NCBI GenBank assembly: GCA_017551545.1
Contig: JAFZLJ010000055.1
Location: forward strand, 35 to 64,034
Direction of reading: 5' to 3'
Origin: Treponema sp.
GTDB lineage: Bacteria > Spirochaetota > Spirochaetia > Treponematales > Treponemataceae
DNA: 64,000 bases
Numbering within the stretch: the first letter of the stretch is position 1; the number at the start of each line of letters is the position of its first letter. Positions 60,732 to 64,000 of this stretch are shown here, piece by piece. The translations under genes and the position numbers were made by a program. The notes below the pieces were generated by a model. The model was not told where the DNA came from. It saw only the letters and a list, made by a program, of their open reading frames with translations, and made no database searches.

Positions 60732-61733
60732 TTACTGAATAATAATATCGCCGGCTTTAATAGAATCTACAAGCTCTGCCATTTTTGTACGAATACCGGC
60801 AGGGACTGTAGAAATATAAAGAGGATCGTCCTGAACAAAATCAACAAAGCCTTCTTTTATACCAAAGGTTTTTGCTGTTCCCCAATCTGTTTTGCCGTTC
60901 AGGAAGTCGGTTGTCATAATAAATGAAAGCTCCTGCTGAAGCATTACGGTAGATGAAATAATGTTGCCCGGTGCTTTGTCAAAGCCGTTGTTATCGAACC
61001 AGGTAATATAAAAGTTGTTGTTTACTGCAGAATTAATAACTCCCTGTGAAGCTCCTCCGCAGATTGGAAGAATTACATCAACACCTTCGCTGTAAAGACT
61101 GTCGGCAAGAACTGCGCCTTTATTTGCATCGTACCAGTTTCCAACAACACGGAAAGCTACAGTAGAAGCAGAATTGGCATCGCGTGCACCCTTTTCAAAA
61201 TAAGGCCAGATGATATTGTTCATAACAGGATATTCCTGTGCTGCAATAAGACCAAGCTTGTGCGAAGAAGACATAAGACCACCAATGTAGCCTGTAAGAT
61301 ATGCCTGTTCATACTGATTGTAGCAGACAGTACAGATATTTTTGTTACCTCTGCATTCTGCGTCCATAAGAATGAACTTCTGGTCTGGGAACTGTTCAAT
61401 TATTGGAAGAACAATTTCCGGAAGGGAAGGGTTAGATGAAATAATAACATCGTACTTCTGTTCGGCAGCAAGGGCAGAAATTTTAGCAGGCCATTCAGAC
61501 TGATTTGTACCGGCTTCAAGAACATAAAGTGTTGTTTTCTTGTCCATTTCTTTGCCGCTGTTGAATTCATCTACAGCAAGAGAAACGCCGTCACGAAGCA
61601 TTGCATAAACAGGACTGTCTGCGCAAATACCTGGAATAAAAACTGCAATAGACTTTTTCTTTGTCGTTGCAGATTTACACGAAATTACAATAAATGATAA
61701 AAGAATTGAGAGAATAATAAATGATTTTTTCAT
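60732..61733 (-). CDS. BMP-family (PnrA/TmpC-like) ABC substrate-binding lipoprotein
   Basis: Lipobox VISC; YDVII, FPDQKF..MD, EQAYL.GY, G.W.D...G..LA..LY..GVDVI. Confidence 0.88.
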   Translation of the reverse strand: MKKSFIILSILLSFIVISCKSATTKKKSIAVFIPGICADSPVYAMLRDGVSLAVDEFNSGKEMDKKTTLYVLEAGTNQSEWPAKISALAAEQKYDVIISSNPSLPEIVLPIIEQFPDQKFILMDAECRGNKNICTVCYNQYEQAYLTGYIGGLMSSSHKLGLIAAQEYPVMNNIIWPYFEKGARDANSASTVAFRVVGNWYDANKGAVLADSLYSEGVDVILPICGGASQGVINSAVNNNFYITWFDNNGFDKAPGNIISSTVMLQQELSFIMTTDFLNGKTDWGTAKTFGIKEGFVDFVQDDPLYISTVPAGIRTKMAELVDSIKAGDIIIQ

Positions 61734-61742
61734 AGTAAGAGA

Positions 61743-61771
61743 ATAATAGTTTTATATAAAACTATTGTCAA
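61743..61771 (-). promoter_or_regulatory. BMP operon promoter with a 22-bp palindromic operator
   Basis: Minus-strand TTGACA-N17-TATTAT; perfect palindrome AATAGTTTTATATAAAACTATT at 61745-61766. Confidence 0.85.
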
Positions 61772-61774
61772 CCC

Positions 61775-62206
61775 CTAATTGAAGTTGTTTTTGATTCTTT
61801 CTAAAAATGCACAGAACTCTTCTTTTTCTTTGCTGGTAAAGCCTTTATAAAAGGTTTCCTGTAGTTCCTGAGAAAGTTTCTGGGTCATCTGGTTGTATTC
61901 TGTGCCTTTTGAAGTTAAACTCAGCTTTTTGTTTCGTTTGTCCAGCGGGTCAATTGTTGTAGTTACAAGACCTGCTGCTTCGAGCTTACGTACAAGAACT
62001 GTAGTTGTAGATTTATCTCTGTTTATCCTGGCAGAAAGTTCTTTCATTGTAATTTCCGGATTCACACTAAGCTGATAAAGAATGTATCCGTGAGAGGAAG
62101 CAAAATCATCAAAGCCGTTTTCTGAAAGACGCTTTTTTATAAAATCGGCTGTAAGAGTGTGAATCTGTGAAACCTTTGCAATGCTGGTATCTTTTTCTTC
62201 TGCCAT
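61775..62206 (-). CDS. MarR-family transcriptional regulator
   Basis: ITMKELS......KST.T.LV.KLE..GLV....DP.DKR...L.LT.KG. Confidence 0.93.
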   Translation of the reverse strand: MAEEKDTSIAKVSQIHTLTADFIKKRLSENGFDDFASSHGYILYQLSVNPEITMKELSARINRDKSTTTVLVRKLEAAGLVTTTIDPLDKRNKKLSLTSKGTEYNQMTQKLSQELQETFYKGFTSKEKEEFCAFLERIKNNFN

Positions 62207-62222
62207 TTAAAGGTTTCCACTG

Positions 62223-63047
62223 TTATTTTTCTTCCTTCCAAGGGAAAAGGAATGAACGAAGTTTTCTTGGTCCAAGTGCTTCGCGATCATCATAAATCAG
62301 TTCTTCCCAAGGAATCTTTTTGCGGTCTTTGGCAGTAGTAAGCTCCGGATGCTCTTCAAGATAATCATATTTGTACATACGAAGACGGAAGGCATTGTGC
62401 TTAGAAATAGAAAGCCCTGTTATTGAAGGGAAGAATCCAATTGGCAGAATAGAAAGTGCTGTCAAAAGAAGATGATATAATCCCATGATAATAGAAAAGC
62501 CTGTATTATCCATGAAAATAATAAAGCATTTTTTAAGGCATTTTCCAAACTTGTTATGGAATGTGCTGCGGATTGGAACAAACCATTGAAGTGATAATGC
62601 AATAATAATATCAATCCAGAAGAGCAGCGCTCCTACAAAAAGACCCATTATTGTCTGCTGCTGAAGGATATAGAATGTAAGGCTGTAGACAGAAATAAAA
62701 ACAATCACAATTGTCAGGAGTGAAAAAAGGAATGCATCTAAAAGAACGCCTGGAATGCGCTTGAAGAAATCAAGAAGGTGAATGCCTTCAAAGTTAGCAA
62801 TTTTCTGAGAAAGTTCACCAAAGGCAAAATCTATGATATTAAAAATAAATATACCAATAAAAAGAATGCCTGTCTGAATCAGATAGAAGGCCATATCAGT
62901 AGTGTTTTCATTAAGATGTTGTGTAACAAAAGAGCTTAAAAGAATTACACCAACCATGCTTATAAGAAACAAAACATTGATTACAACAACAGTAAACAGG
63001 TTATCCCACCCGTCACAAAAGTTTTTCTTAAATAAAAATCCGTACAT
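62223..63047 (-). CDS. Hypothetical multi-TM membrane protein
   Basis: About 5-6 TM helices; KKNFCDGWDN and IPW.ELI..D.E..GPR..RSF.FPWK ends; function unrecognised. Confidence 0.75.
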   Translation of the reverse strand: MYGFLFKKNFCDGWDNLFTVVVINVLFLISMVGVILLSSFVTQHLNENTTDMAFYLIQTGILFIGIFIFNIIDFAFGELSQKIANFEGIHLLDFFKRIPGVLLDAFLFSLLTIVIVFISVYSLTFYILQQQTIMGLFVGALLFWIDIIIALSLQWFVPIRSTFHNKFGKCLKKCFIIFMDNTGFSIIMGLYHLLLTALSILPIGFFPSITGLSISKHNAFRLRMYKYDYLEEHPELTTAKDRKKIPWEELIYDDREALGPRKLRSFLFPWKEEK

Positions 63048-63061
63048 TAGCGCGGTCCTAT

Positions 63062-63133
63062 AAAAAAAAAGTCATTGCGAGCCGGAGGCGTGGCAATCCA
63101 GTCTGTAGATTGCTTCGCTTCGCTCGCAATGAC
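63062..63133. repeat. REP family B doublet (63071-63099, 63107-63133) with an adjacent A9 run; likely minus-strand terminator
   Basis: Hairpin followed by T9 on the minus strand, downstream of 63148..63807. Confidence 0.85.
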
Positions 63134-63147
63134 GTTTATGTTAACAA

Positions 63148-63807
63148 TTATTTAGTAAAAAGTAACGTTTTTGCGTCAAGGTTTACGCTTCCGTCGCCGT
63201 TCTTGAGAACTGTGAGGGAAAGCTGATTTCCGCTTGCTGCAAGGTGTGCTACTGTTGCAAATGAATCGAGTTTTGCTGCATCAAGAGTATCCTTGAGAGT
63301 AGCTGCTTCATTTGTATAGCTGAACCATGCAGTCATTTTTTCTGCTTTAACAAAGTCTGCAAAAACCTTAAGGTCAGCTTCTGCTGTTTTAGCAAGGTCA
63401 AGACCGTCTACAACGATGCTTGCAATTGCAATTCCGCCTTCCTTAAGAGCCTTGAGTGTATTTACAACCTTTGGAAGTGTGAATGTTTCCTGGTTGAAGT
63501 TCAAGATTGTTCTGTTGCGAACAATTTCTTCATTTACATCATCAAGGTTGAAGTTCTTCTTCTTTGCAATTTCTGCCATTACGCTAGAGTACCATGCAAT
63601 AACGTTAGAAGACTGCTGGTCAAAAGATACGTGAACAAGTGCCTTGTCGTTCAAAAGAGAGTCAATTCCAAACTGTACAAGAATAGAAGTCTTTCCAAGA
63701 CCCTTCTTTGCAGTTACAAGTCCCATTTCACCGTCTTTGAGTGATGCAGAAGTTGCATTGTCAAAGTAGCGTACTGGGCTATGAGCGATTAAATCCTTCT
63801 TTTCCAT
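63148..63807 (-). CDS. RecA/KaiC-like P-loop protein
   Basis: GEMGLVTAKKGLGKTS (Walker A), HVSF, IVVDG (Walker B); directly downstream of fusA. Confidence 0.7.
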   Translation of the reverse strand: MEKKDLIAHSPVRYFDNATSASLKDGEMGLVTAKKGLGKTSILVQFGIDSLLNDKALVHVSFDQQSSNVIAWYSSVMAEIAKKKNFNLDDVNEEIVRNRTILNFNQETFTLPKVVNTLKALKEGGIAIASIVVDGLDLAKTAEADLKVFADFVKAEKMTAWFSYTNEAATLKDTLDAAKLDSFATVAHLAASGNQLSLTVLKNGDGSVNLDAKTLLFTK

Positions 63808-63818
63808 AACGGTGCTCC

Positions 63819-64000
63819 TTATTTCTTAGCAGCGGCAGCTTTTGCACGCTCTTCCTTGTATTTAGCCTGAAGTTCTTCAGAAACATTGTTTGGAACCTTA
63901 CCATATTTTTCGAATTCCATTGTGAATTCACCCTTACCCTGAGTAGATGAACGGAGGATAGTAGAGAATCCGAACATTTCTGAAAGTGGAACTTCTGCGT
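63819..64000 (-). CDS. fusA: Elongation factor G, C-terminal fragment; not in the ORF track
   Basis: Manual translation [36 protein letters not shown]... = EF-G domain V. Confidence 0.93.
   Translation of the reverse strand, partial: AEVPLSEMFGFSTILRSSTQGKGEFTMEFEKYGKVPNNVSEELQAKYKEERAKAAAAKK

Overview
Chromosomal segment of a fibre-degrading spirochaete, most likely a rumen or gut Treponema. This is inferred from a class I LysRS, a spirochaete-type EF-G C-terminus, and spirochaetal lipoboxes. Housekeeping genes (ettA, argD, adk, der, ptsI, folE2, miaB, lysS, argS, fusA) are interleaved with plant-polysaccharide genes (two esterases plus an oligosaccharide ABC importer next to an AraC regulator, GH10, GH43, GH94), a MacAB-TolC-type exporter, a YtrA/GntR ABC operon, a BMP nucleoside-type ABC operon next to a MarR gene, an HD-GYP protein, an MCP, and AT-rich accessory genes (AAA+/DUF4143, a DUF6273-like lipoprotein, a YD-repeat protein). 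An IS3-family element end lies at the left edge. The most notable structure not shown by the ORF track: (1) a surface lipoprotein held out of frame by two tandem slippery tracts, (AC)5 and G9, in its signal peptide; (2) about 30 short palindromic REP-like elements in three families, with compensatory stems and GNA tri-loops, which form doublets, bracket genes, are inserted in frame in proteins, and seed polar tandem duplications; (3) a 203-bp nested rod-like hairpin; (4) many apparently leaderless genes; (5) three clear palindromic operators overlapping promoters. No CRISPR array, tRNA or rRNA was seen.
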